Origin: Octopus vulgaris
Taxonomy: Eukaryota
NCBI GenBank assembly: GCA_951406725.2
Contig: OX597822.1
Coordinates: forward strand, 17,112,001 to 17,176,000
Reading direction: 5' to 3'
Length of the DNA: 64,000 nucleotides
In this document: in pieces, positions 14,650 through 27,030 of the stretch
Layout of the letters: every line of letters starts with the position of its first letter
How positions within the stretch are numbered: the first letter of the stretch is position 1
The notes under the pieces: generated by a model
Databases searched by the model: none
Told to the model about the DNA's origin: nothing
Seen by the model: the letters and a program-made list of their open reading frames with translations, nothing else
Translations under genes and position numbers: made by a program

Positions 14650-16139
14650 TTCTGGTTTCAATAGTTGGATTTTCTTTGCACAGTCCTCTGGAAGTCCAGT
14701 CACACACACACACGTGCATGCATGCACGTGCCTGGGTGTTTGACCTCACCCACGCAGCTTGACAACTTGTGTTGCTCTGTTCATGACTCATAACTTAATG
14801 GTTCAACAAAAGAGACAGTTAGAACACGAAAATCAGTTCTGGGTCAATTTGGTCTACAAAACTGCTCATAGTTGCAGTCCAGAGACTGAGATGAGTAAAA
14901 GAAAAACATGGATTCAGTTCATCTTCATCTTCAAATAAAGATATTTTTCTGATAATCTCTGATTTTTGAAACTATATCCAACATAAAGGAATCGTAGACT
15001 GAATATGGTTTCAATAAAGAAATACAATCAAGACAGCATCATCAGCATGCTGAGTTCAAATGCTGCCAGGTTTGCCTTTACGTTTCATCCTTTGGAGTCA
15101 ATAAAATAAGTACCAGTTGAATACTGGGGTTGATGTAATTAACTTACCCCTCCCCACAAATTAGAGATCAATACACAAATACTGCATATTTAAAGCATCT
15201 TAGATATTAACGTAATTCCAGTTCTAATCCTTTTAACAGGCATGGATACTGTAGATCATTCTAAAGATGACAATCTGATCTCAGCACTTTCACTGTAGTA
15301 GTTTCACTTCTCCTAATGAGATATTATGAAATACCTGTAGAATTCTTTTGTAATCATAATAAATCTGGTCAATTAAGGCAGAAACAGCAAATGCAAATAT
15401 TGCAATGTAAATTACGCTGAAAGTGACTCAACACAAATTTGCAAATGCAATTATGAGTGTAAATGAATTATACATGTAAATAAATTATCTGTAAATTAAT
15501 TAAGGAATTAATGAGACATGCAGATTTTCTCATTATGTGTTTTTCAAAACTTGTTGCCAGTCATTTGAACAAAGATGCTTTGATGAAAACAAAGCCTTGC
15601 CATCATAAACTATGCATTTTATACACAGAGTATGCTTAGGATTATCTTTGTTGCATAATTTATAAAGGAACAAGCAGTTTACATACATCATCAGATTGTT
15701 CTTCATGTTAATAACATGCATACTTATAATTATATTAATGTTTTCAATAGAGCTTTAAAATAATTCTCAGACATTTTTTGGTAACAGATGGAGAAGTATT
15801 GTCAGCTTCAAAGTTTTCAACTTGCTCATTGAAAAGAACAAATCCGTTATTTTCATGTCAACATTTTATCGTCATTATTGCTGCTGTTGTTGATATCACT
15901 ATTAAAGGTAACAAGAATCACCAGAGTACTGGGAAAAAAATGTGCTCTGTTTATTTCTTCTGGTTCTTTACAACTAAATGCCACAAAGATTAACTTTGCC
16001 TTTCATCCATTTGGAAGGATGGGGGAGGGGGTCAATAAAATAACATACCAGTCATGTAATTGAATTGATATTGACTAACCCTAACCCCCCCCCCAACTGC
16101 CAGGTTTCTTCTACCTATTCTAGAAACAATTATTATGTT

Positions 16140-16421
16140 CTATATACAAGAGATGAGGAATTATGTACATTATGCCCACGGGCATATGGTGCAGTCGTTA
16201 AGAGTGCAGGCTACTAACCCCAAGATTCCAAGCAGTGACCTGAATAATAATAATAATAATGATAATGATAATAATAATAACATCGAAAAATACCTTAGGA
16301 ATGAGGGCCCAGGTTTGAAATTTCCCCAAGACACCTGATAAAGGCTGGAGGGTATATCAGCTGAAACATTGTGTTAACAACAAACAAGTTGATGACAAAA
16401 TCCGTCAATTGTAAATAATGT
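16140..16421 (+). mobile_element. Short retroposon with tRNA-like A-box head, internal (AAT)n and Penelope-type hammerhead-like 3' module
   Basis: 12-bp direct repeat AATTATTATGTT at 16128-16139 and 16422-16433; A-box-like TGGTGCAGTCG at 16187-16197; hammerhead-like motif at 16330-16375. Confidence 0.7.
16330..16375 (+). ncRNA. Degenerate minimal type I hammerhead ribozyme motif
   Basis: GACAC-CUGAUAA-A-GGCUG(10-nt loop)CAGCU-GAAAC-AUU-GUGUU. Stem I is GACAC/GUGUU and stem II is GGCUG/CAGCU. Core is CUGAUaA...GAAA, i.e. G8>A in this copy. Confidence 0.6.
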
Positions 16422-16558
16422 AATTATTATGTTTTCGTTACTCTGCACCAATTGTTGGCGATGTGTTACAGTGTCAGCTGTTCACTGCCAGTTTAGCAGG
16501 ATAGAAGTTAAAGCCAATCTCATTGAGATAGGAATTTAGAATTCAAGAGACAAAAACT

Positions 16559-17020
16559 AGGTGCAGGTGTGGTAAGTAGCTTGCTTACCAACCACATGGT
16601 TCAGGGTTCAGTCCCCCTGCATGGCACCTCAGGCAAGTGTCTTCTACTACAGCCTCGAGCCAACCAAAGCCTTGTGAGTGGATTTGGTAGGTGGAAACTG
16701 AAAGGAGCCCGCTGTGTGTGTGTGTATGTTTGTGAGTAAGTGTATATGTTTGTGTGTGTGTGTGTATATATGTTTGTGCGTGTATATGTTTGTGTACATG
16801 TCTGTGTGCGTGCGTGTTTGTGCGTCTGTGTTTGTCTCCCTATCATCGCTTGACAACCAACACTGGTGTGTTTATGCACCCATAACTTAGTGGTTCAGCA
16901 AAAGAGACCGATAGAATATGTACTAGGCTTACAAAGAATGAGTCCTGGAGTTGATTTGCTTGACTAAAGGTGGTGCTCCAGCATGGCTGCAGTCAAATGA
17001 CTGAAACAAGTAAAAGAATA
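16559..17020 (+). mobile_element. Near full-length CORE-type tRNA SINE with internal (TG)n
   Basis: tRNA-like head (tgtggtaagtagc...ggttcagtcc), CORE-like ggcacctcaggcaagtgtcttctactacagcc, and 3' tail ggtgctccagcatggctgcagtcaaatgactgaaacaagtaaaagaat. Confidence 0.8.
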
Positions 17021-17184
17021 AACAAGCATTTTGTCCAGAACTTTTCAAATCATCATCATCATTTGACATCCATCTTCCATCCGTGGTATGGGTTGGACAG
17101 TTTGACAGGAGCTTAAAAGCCAAAGGACTGCACCAAACTCCACTGTCTGCCATAGTTGGATGTCCAAAATCTTCCAGCTAAATT

Positions 17185-17217
<33 letters not shown>

Positions 17218-18907
17218 TAGAGAAATATCAGCATTCTTGAGTGGTACTTTCAGCATTCTGAATAACTGAATTCAATCAATCTTGGACTTTCATGTAAAAC
17301 TAAGGGGTCCTTGTATTTTGTGAAATGGAAAAGTTACTGATAAACATGGGAAGTCAATCTTTCTTCAATTAAGAATAATCTGAAGGGTTAATTCTAATCT
17401 TTGGCTTTTGCAGCTTTAATCAGACAAAGCAACAAATCTTATATTAGAGAAATATTACCAGATAAATGTCCCTTCTTTCCCAAACTGAGTGCCCCTCTTT
17501 GACTGGGAAACCTTATGCAATATAGGAAGAGATGCCTCACTGAACAAAATGTCAAACTTCCGACGACCTAAGCAGAGAAAATCCAATGCTTTCAAGCAAT
17601 GTTTGCTTCCAAACCCTTCACACACGCACAACAGTCACGTTTCCTGTGTGAATGCAAAATCATTTTTTTTTGTCCATAAGAGACAGCTTGAAAGAGGATA
17701 CCTACATGCTAATGTATTCTATTTCAATCTCATAGTTTTGCTTTTTGAAACTGCATGCCCTGCCTTAGGAACCCAGAGTTCCACACTCTCAGGCATACAC
17801 ACTTTTCCATTACCCGTTAAAACAAAAAATAAATAAATAATAATAACTAAAGTAAAAAGTGAAAAGGAAGCACAAACTAAACCTTCCTATGTAAACACAC
17901 AAAAAGGTAAAGAACTAAACCAGAGTAACAGACAACAGAGAAAGAATAAATAAATATAAAGAAAAAAGAATAAATAAATATATATAAAAAAAGGAAACTG
18001 TGATAAAAGGGAAAAGAAGCAAATGCAGTTTGGAAATTTGAACAAATATGAAATGAGTGGAATGTAAGAGAGCTCTGTAAATAAAATGGTAAGTGAAAGC
18101 CAGAGAAGAGAAAATGACTGATGCATTTAGTATAAGGAAACAAAATGAAGTGCATGAGAAATGTTCTGCTGAGTGATAAGAGTAACTAACCGTTAAAAGT
18201 TGGTCTCTGTTTGCTGACACTAATATATCTGTGGAAGTTGAAGTAGAGGAATGCGGAGAGAAGAGGGTCAGCGACTCATTAACTCCACGAAATGATCATC
18301 ATGGATTCTCAGCAAAACTTAATCATTTGTTTTCTGTAAACTTTTACTATCAACTTTTTACAGCCGGTTTGCAAATGTAAGGGTGTGTGTGGGGATGAGG
18401 GGTGGGGTGGAGATGAAGGTAAGATTCTGGCTGTGTGGTATAAAAGTTTGCCTCATAACCACGTGGCTTCAGGTTCAGTCCCACTGTGAAGTACACTGGG
18501 CAAGCACTGCACCACTGGATGCTTTGCAATGTGATAAATAGAAACTGTACAAACCAGGTGTGTGTGTGCACACGCACGGTCTAACGATTCTCCATGTTTG
18601 TTTCCATTCGGTTTCGTTGTATATCTCCACTGCCCTGTTTTTGTCCCCAACTTCGACCCTAAATCCTAAATTTTATTTTAGAATTTATAGGAGCAACTGT
18701 CTTTGAAGACTCATGTTGTTGTTGAATGCTCGAAATGAGGAATAGATACACAGCTGACAACTGATGAAGGGTCCTTTCTCTGTGTTTATTTGCCCTGTTT
18801 TCCATTTTTTCCTCTAATTGTTTATGTATTTCATGTTGTTTGCGAAGTTGCTGATGTTCTGTACCCATATATGCATACACATACACACATATATATACAC
18901 ACACACA

Positions 18908-18964
<57 letters not shown>

Positions 18965-19146
18965 TATTATTATATATATACACATACATATTATATATAT
19001 ACATATATATTATTTATTATATATATATATGTGTGTGTGTGCGTGTGTGTGTCCAAAACGGATGTTAAACGATGATGATGATGATGATATATATATATAT
19101 ATATATGTGTGTGTAGATATGCATACACACACATGCATATACATAC

Positions 19147-19197
<51 letters not shown>

Positions 19198-19216
19198 TAT
19201 ATATATATATATATAC

Positions 19217-19466
19217 CCGTGCCATGGCATGTAAAATGCACCAACTGAGCGTGGCTGTTGCCAGCCTCCTTTGGCACCTGTGCCAGTGGCATGTAAAAAG
19301 CACCCACTACACTCATGGAGTGGTTGGCATTAGGAAGGGCATCCAGCTGTAGAAACACTGCCAGATCAGACTGGAGCCTAGTGTGGCTTCCTGGCTTCTC
19401 AGACCCCGGTCGAACCATCCAACGGATGCCAGCATGGAAAATGGATGTTAAACGATGATGATGATG
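19217..19466 (+). mobile_element. RTE-related SINE with two pseudoknot-like units and (GAT)n tail
   Basis: cgtgccatggcatgtaaaatgcacc...tgtgccagtggcatgtaaaaagcacc-cactacactcatggagtggttggcattaggaagggcatccagc...gttaaacgatgatg. Confidence 0.75.
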
Positions 19467-19480
19467 ACAATGATATATAT

Positions 19481-19840
19481 AGGTGCAGGAGTGGCTGCGT
19501 GGTAAGAAGCTTGCTTATGAACAACATGGTTCAGGGTTCAGTCCCACTGTGTGACACCTTGGGCAAGTGTCTTCTACTATAGCCTCAGGCCAACCAAAGC
19601 CTTGTGAGTGGATTTGGTAGACAGAAACTATGTGTGTGTATTTGTGTGTCTGTGTTTGTCCCCACCAACCATTCCTGACAACTGATGTTGGTGTGTTTAC
19701 ATCCTTGTAACTTAGCGGTTCAGCAAAAGAGACCGATAGAAGAAATACTAGGCGTACAAAGAATAGGTCCTGGGGTCGAATTGTTCAACTAAAGGCGGTG
19801 CTTCAGCATGGCTGCAGTCAAATAAGTGAAATAAAAGAAT
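19481..19840 (+). mobile_element. CORE-type tRNA SINE
   Basis: Colinear with the copy at 16559-17020 (head, CORE accttgggcaagtgtcttctactatagcc, same tail). Confidence 0.8.
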
Positions 19841-20447
19841 ATATATTGTAATAATAACAATAGTCCTTGGATGGGATTTATAGATATTTTACTGCAGCTC
19901 TGTGCACCCCCCCCCCAAACCTGGTTCACCAGTCAGCATCATCATTCTACTGTGGCTGGCATAATTGAATAGCAAGCTTTATTTGCATAGTTGAAATGTT
20001 TCCCATAAACAAATTTAAAAGATATATATGTACATGCAAACACAAACACACAGAACCACACACACCTTTCAAGACAGCTGCTGACCCACTACTGACCACT
20101 CCATCTACATACACATGCAAATACACATACAATTACTACCACATACACACACACACATTGACCATCTTCACACTCTCCTGTTGCAGAAACCACTTTTTTC
20201 TCTTCCACTTCTGGTCACTTCAGAAATGTAACTACACATGGATTGTTGGTGATCTTTCTTGGACTTTTTCTTTCCGACAAAGAGCTATACTTAAAACGTT
20301 AACAACTCTCTCCTTTCACCAAACATCAAATTAATATATTTCTTGTGCAGATCCTTACGTTTGTTTTTTTCTTCTTTTTTCCTTTTTTCTCAGCTTTTTA
20401 ATTGTTTGTTCTTTGAATTGTGTATGTGTGTATATATATATATATAG

Positions 20448-20486
<39 letters not shown>

Positions 20487-20491
<5 letters not shown>

Positions 20492-21321
20492 GGTCTGATC
20501 AATAAGAATCCACACTATCGCCATAGTAACAAAGCTAAAGCATGCAGAGTGAAGCTGCTTGACACAGATTGGTCTTGAACTCTGCTGTACATGCACACTA
20601 AGTTTTAACATTCTACCTCACCTCCACTGTATACAGCAGTGCTTGGAAGGAAGATGTGTAGCTTGTGATCGTCGCAATGACCATGACAGAGGAAGTTAAG
20701 CAGAGAATCTGCATCAGCGACCTACACAAAGTTTTCAAAATGTTTCCATCGTTCTCAACACAATGGAGATCTTGTGCAACTGAAACCCGAGTGTCTTGTC
20801 GGTCAGCTGAAAGCAGTTTTGGCACAAACTTGGCAGACACGCATCTCAAACCCAAATCTTCAGTGATAATGGACTGAACTGAACCATAACTCATCTGCAC
20901 ATCCTCTGATAACTCACAGGTGGTGATTTGACAATTTCCCCCAACAGCTATATGCTCATCTGCAATGTATTTTTCAGTTCTGCTGGTTGTGGATCTCTCA
21001 GAGCGTTCATTAATATCAACATTTTTTTGGCCATCTTGGAAACATCTGAACCCCTCGTACACTTGTGTGTGGATCATAGACTCCTCATATACTTTCTGCA
21101 ACTTTGTATAGGCCTCTGAGCAGGTATCGCCATGACAACTTTCTCTGTGATGGTCAATGTGACAATCACACACTATACACTTTGTTTCCAAGCACTGCTG
21201 TAAACAGCAGGAGTGAACAGGACTGTTAAAACTTAGTGGGCATGCACAGCAGAGATCAAGGTCAATCTTTGCCAAGCAGCTTCACTCTGCATGCTTTAGC
21301 TTTGTTACTATGGCAACAGTG
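20487..21321. mobile_element. Non-autonomous mariner derivative with ~98-bp inverted repeats and transposase N-terminal relic
   Basis: Inverted repeats at 20513-20610 and 21224-21321. Mariner-like terminus TA-GATGGTCTGATCAATAAGAATCC at 20487. Minus-strand translation contains the HTH region ...ELSEDVQMSYGSVQSIITEDLGLRCVSAKFVPKLLS (WVPHxL-type motif). Confidence 0.85.
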
Positions 21322-21744
21322 CAAATCTTGTATATTGTCAATTTTGGCATAGTTTCTATAGCTGGGATGCCTTTCCTAACACCAACCACTTTACAGAGTG
21401 TACTGGGCACTGTTTATGTGCCACCGGCATGGGTGTGTCTATGTAGCACTGGAATGAGTGCATTTTATGTAGCACCAGAAATATTGCCAGTAGGCAGCTA
21501 CACAAAACCAAACTCTGTACCTCAGAGATTCCAGTTAAATTCTATGTACCACTACATCAAGCAGTCAATGACTATATATTAAATTAATTGTGTGTGTATA
21601 TATACATGTGTGAATGTGTGTATATATACATGTGTGTGTGTATATATATGCATATATTATAGTATATTGTATATTGTATTATCTATCCATCTATTATCTA
21701 AGTATCTATCTCTCTATATATATATGTGTGTGTGTGTGTGGTGT

Positions 21745-21778
<34 letters not shown>

Positions 21779-22129
21779 GGATATATATATATAGGATATA
21801 TATATATAGGATATATATATATTATAGAGAAACAATGATGAACGGCCATAAAAAAGACCATTGAATAAACATGCAAACATGAAAATTACTTTAGAGATTT
21901 AGAATTCAATTATATTTTGGTTTTCTATTTACAAGATTTACTACAAGCAGAGATGATCTTTGCATTATATGTTGGGTGAATGGCACATCACAATTCAAGT
22001 ATTAACTATTTTCTACCTTAAATTCATCTCTCATAGGAAATTGTGAAGTACAAATTGTTACTACATTAAATTAATGTAATATCTCTTATTATAATTAAAA
22101 TAAAAACAACAAACATTTATTTATAATCC

Positions 22130-22515
22130 ATAACTGTATTATATCTTAATGCATTAACTGCTGCAGTACTTTTCCATGCATTAACAGTTGCAGTGCATTT
22201 CACTGCATTCAGTATATGTCACTGTGTTAAACTGTTGCAGTAGATTCACTTGTAGCACTTTATCTCACTGCATTCAATTGTAGTAAGATATCTCACTGCA
22301 TTAAACTGCCACAGAGTATCTCACAGCATTAAGCAGTAGTAGTTAGATCCCACTGCAATAAACCTTAGTATTATATATATATATCACTGCATAAAACTGC
22401 AGCTGTGTATTGTCAGTGCTTTAAACTGTAGCATGCACCTCATTGCAGTGTATGAAACTGTAGCAACATATTCCAGCACATTAAACTGTGGCAGTGTATT
22501 CCTTCACTGCATCAC
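22130..22515. repeat. Diverged ~28-bp minisatellite (about 13 units)
   Basis: Recurrent unit approximating CACTGCATTAAACTGTAGCAGTGTATCT. Confidence 0.75.
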
Positions 22516-24085
22516 CCATTAAACCCCAAACCAAATGTCTTACTGTATCATTATTAGTTTCTGATTGCTTACCGTTTGCAATATTAACCACAATGTTTTA
22601 TTTCTTATAATAGAATCCACCTCAGCAATCCATTAAGACTTCAGTCCAATCTTCATTAGAAATCATCTCTCAATTACTTTTTGTTAAACAAATCATTGAC
22701 TATTATCCATCTCTAGTATATACCAGCGATTATCAACACTAATTGCTAGACATAATAACAACATCAATGCTAGTGTGCTTGTTCACACAACTGTTAAATA
22801 GCTCCCCATTATCGTCTGAGAGGTTGCCTTATCGTTTGTTTCCTGTCTTTATTTCATTGTTCCCATTGATGAAATCACCTAAAGACTTGCAAGACAATAA
22901 TGTTCTATAACACTAATGATTAACATTGCCAGCTGGTTCCTTCTCAATAGCAACAAAGCTATTAGCACTACTACATACAAAAAAAAGAGAAAAAAACAAA
23001 CAAAATGAACAAAAAAAGAAACTGTGTAGCAAAAATATTTATCTGACACTAAGTACTTAATAAAATTCGTTTATGAGTGTCATTCAATTATTGTTATGTT
23101 AATTTGGTTCCTGGTATTTCTCAGCCAATTACCATCTGCTGTTTTTATAGGCAACCTTTGCATTGTTTTTTACTTATCACAAAATTCCGAGAATGAAAGG
23201 CACTACACATAACAGGGGCTGAGGGGATTAGCAAAGCACCAGTTGAAATACCTAGTGGTATTAGGTTATATCCTGTTAGAAAAGGGCTGATATGTTCATG
23301 TTTCAGTGATGAGAGAAGAATCTAATGTTTCCTACCTTTACATAATCATACAGTAGTGGGGGAGGAGGAAGAGGGAGAAAGGGAAAGAAGAGAAGGAGAG
23401 AGAGAAAGAAGAGGAGAGAGAGAAAGAAGAGAAGGAGAGAGGGAAAGAGAGTGGTGGTGTCACTTGGGTTGACATCATCACTGGAAGGAATTTCAACCGT
23501 GTTTTGTCAGCTGCTACCACAACAGCTCCTTTATAGGATCCAACCACGTCCAGTTTCGGCCCTGACTCCTCTACCATTTTGACGTGCCCCCCCCACCCCT
23601 TTCGGAGGTGTCTTCGGCTCTGGTGTTGGGTGCATGTCTTTCTTCTTCTTTCTTCTGTTCCCTGGCCTCTTTGATGTAGTGTCAGCGGGTGACTGACTGT
23701 CTCGTCAAATTTCCCTTTAAATACCTGCTGCTAGGCAGGTATTTTCATTGGATTTCAGACTATATTTTCTGCTCCTTTATGTTCTAAGTTCAAATCCCAT
23801 TCAAGTCCATTGGGGTTTATAGAATCATTTAAACTCTGGAGGGTGGTCAACCAGCATAGCATCTGCTTGGTGATGCAAATCCATAAGAGAACAAAAGAAT
23901 CATATCATCCATGGCAGCTGTTTTGGAATAAGAAGAGCGAAATGGAATAAATAATATTGAGTTCTCTTCACCTAATACTTCAAACTGTTAGTTGGTAGCT
24001 GATGCTCTGAGCAGAAACGGAAGACATTCTATTCACAATCCAGCAGCTGTTCTTTTATATTGGAAAAGAAGCGAAGAGTTGCTTT

Positions 24086-24256
24086 TGTTATTGTTTAGCC
24101 CCCAGGTCAATCTTATTGAGAAAACTTAGGATCAAAGGCATTCCAACTGCAATCATTCCATTTTTCCCTAAACAGAGAGGAAAATCTAATGTGCACTTCC
24201 TGTTTTTAGATAACGGGACGTGATTTGAGGGCTGTGAAGCTGATATTTCTAGCAGG
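24086..24256 (-). mobile_element. Dispersed SINE-like repeat with (CAA)n tail
   Basis: acctgctagaaat...cctcaaatc...ggaatgcctttgatc...gacctgggggctaaacaataac; related copies at ~51620-51790 (+) and ~52864-53030 (-). Confidence 0.55.
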
Positions 24257-25217
24257 TTTAATGATCATATAGAGGCTTGCTCCTTGTGTTAGAGTGGATG
24301 TGTAAGGTAGAATTATTAATGTATAAAGTGAAAGATATAATGTTTGGTTTAGGAATTAGGTAACAAAACCCACAATAAAGATGAAGATATGCAAAAATAT
24401 AGGTACAACTATAGATGCAATCTGATTCAAGGGAATCGGTAATTTTCTGAAAAAAAAAGAAAAAACAAAAAAAGTATAAACCATTATAGCTGCATTGGAA
24501 TGAGTTGGGAGAACACAAGACAATGATAAGCTTTGATAAGGTTTCCAAGAAAGGAGAATCTATCAATCAGATAGGTGGGGATTTCCTTCATGTAGTGTAA
24601 GATGTTAGTGATTAGAGGGTGCATTGTAAGATATATAAGCAGTACACTATAATAGAGTAAATTGTTTGGGGCTTGTTGAAATGAAAGTGGAAATATTTCT
24701 TTGAAGTCAAAGCAAATTCAAGTTTCCTTCATGTAATTTTAGCAATATTCAGATTATGAAGCATACAAGAAAGATCATTGAAGATTGTGAGTTTAAGATT
24801 CTATGCTTGGAATTGTTCCTGAGAAGTGAGTGTATGGCAGAATTATTCTTGCTTGAAATAAGTAATATCTGAAGTTTGGTGTTAATTTATCAATTCTTAA
24901 TTGACTGATATGATAAGAGATACTTAGCAAGAGCAGCTGATAATAGCTGGGATTTGAACAATGAGTTAAAAGTAGATTTATGTTATTTTTCACTGCAAAT
25001 ACATATATGAGATTAGCAGTGCTTATCAAGAGATCAGTTACAAAGAGGACAAAAAGAAGAAATGAGGAAATCTTAGAAGGAACTAGAATCTGATGTGCTG
25101 GAAGGATGCAAGGAATTGAAGTAAATAAATATAGTAATTTCTGAATCTCTCTGACTTTTCTACAACTAAGTAGTAGTAGTAGTGGTGGTGATGATGATGA
25201 TGATGATGATAATAATT

Positions 25218-25370
25218 GCAAGGCTCTGTCAGTAGAGTATCAGACTTTTGTGGAGAGTGTACTGGAGAAATCTGAGGGTTGCAGGTTCAAATCCCACTAC
25301 AGGTATGAAAACATATTTTCTCACAGACCCAACCAGAACAAGCAAGACTGAGAGATCTGAGAAGTGAAAT
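25218..25370 (+). mobile_element. tRNA-Lys(UUU)-derived SINE or pseudogene with 19-nt anticodon-loop insert
   Basis: ggctctgtcagtagagtatcagactttt[gtggagagtgtactggaga]aatctgagggttgcaggttcaaatccc aligns to eukaryotic tRNA-Lys GCTCAGTCGGTAGAGCATCAGACTTTTAATCTGAGGGTCCAGGGTTCAAGTCCC. Acceptor and T stems are degenerate. Confidence 0.65.
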
Positions 25371-25409
25371 AATATAATAATGATAATAATAATAATAAGA
25401 AGAAGAAGG

Positions 25410-27030
25410 AAATGTACAAGTGAAGTGACGGGGGCAATGATGCAGTGCTACTTGGAAAGTGAATCTAAAATTAGGGGTAACAGATAAAAAGGGGATGTTT
25501 GAAGTAACAGAACAGAGACATGTGGACGAGGCTAATGTAATAAGGAGTAAAAAGTGAATGACAAATTGGAGGTAAAAGAGATCACAAGAGAACTAAAAAA
25601 AGAAAGAGATCAAGAAGTGGAACAATCAAATATAAGTGATACACGTTCAAGTCAAAGATGAGTTTACAATAAAAAATAATCGTATCACTGATCAGGAAGG
25701 GAAAATTAACATCAGTGACTTAAGTGTGGAAGATCAGAAGAATTTCGATGAGTTGAAGGAAATAATGAGTAAGGAAGAAAGAAAAGAGTAACGTCATTAA
25801 AAAATGTTAAAAGAAGGAAGTTGCTAGATATGACTAACAAAGAAGATTTTGTTAGCAGTAGGAGAAATACTAATTTTATAGGTGACACTAACCTATTGAT
25901 ATTTATATAGGAGGGGTAGTAGTCATAAGAAGATGAGGTATTTCTTGAGGAAAGAATGGGAAAGAGCAGATAAAGAAAGGGAGATAAGAAAATAAAATGA
26001 AGGCTTTAAGACAAGATATGAATAGAATAGAAGCCTGGGAACAGAAGAAGTTAGGAAACACAAGAATCTTCTGCTGAGAAAAAATACTTAGTTAAAGAGA
26101 AAAGATTTGAGATAGTCATGGAAAAACGGAAACAGCATATCATAGCAAAAGCAAATGAGTTTTCTAGATATCAGTATCAACAAAAGAGATTGTTTGAGGC
26201 AGACCAGAGATTTTATTGCCAAATAAAGAGTGTAGAAGAAACTACTGAAGATGGGAGACCTAATGCAGAAGAAGCTAGAGAGTTCTGGAGTGATATTTAG
26301 GATAAGCCAATTAATCATAATAGAGGTGCAGCATGATTAAAGAAAGTGAGGGAAGAAATAGTTAGTGAGAAGCAGCCAGATCTAAAACTAACTTATGCGT
26401 TAATGAGTAAAGTATAAGGAAGAATGCTGAGCTGGAAGGGTGCAGGACCAGATTTAGTTCAGGGGTACTAGTTAAAGAAATTTAGTAACTTATATGGGAT
26501 ACTGAAGGAACAACTTCAGGATTGCCTTAATGGATTAATAATACCTGATTGGATGAATAGAGGGAAAACAGTGCTCCTTATGAAAGTGAAAAGCAAGGGC
26601 AATATAGCTAGTAATTATAGACCAATCACTTGCTTACCATTAGCGTGGAAGCTATTAATAGGAATGCTCTCAGAAAGTATTTACGAGCACCATAACAGCT
26701 AGAATTCACTTCCAGAAGAACAGAAAGGTTTCAGGAAGAAGGCAAAAGGAATGCATAATCTATTATACATAGACAAAGCATTCCTAAAAGAAGTAAAAGA
26801 AAAATTTAACAATAGCATGGATAGATCATGATATGATCCCACACTCATGGGTAAGTGAATGTTTGAGAATATTCAGTATAGCAGACAACATAAGAGATTT
26901 AATTAGCTTTGGCATGAAGAAATGGAAAGTAGACCTCTACTCAAGTAATACAGACTTAGGGAAAGTTAACATCAAGAGAGGAATTTTCCAGGGGGACTTG
27001 TTATCTCCTTTAATATCCGTGTAATGTTTC
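25410..27030 (+). mobile_element. Degenerate R4/Dong-clade non-LTR retrotransposon, N-terminus through RT motif B (3' truncated)
   Basis: Frameshifted motifs MQCYLESE...RG, EFWSDI, SWKGAGPDLVQGY-LKK, GKTVLLMK, SNYRPITCLP, LPEEQKGFR, DMIPHSW and IKRGIFQGDLLSPL. Preceded by (TAA)n, the typical Dong target. Confidence 0.85.

Noticed and set aside
22130-22515. CRISPR-like array
   Set aside because: Eukaryotic context, contiguous diverged units without unique spacers, and no cas genes.
23440-23740. GC-richer island as an exon or hammerhead
   Set aside because: No convincing splice sites or homology, and the GAGGAG...CCGAAAC segment lacks a proper core and stems; probably an old TE fragment.
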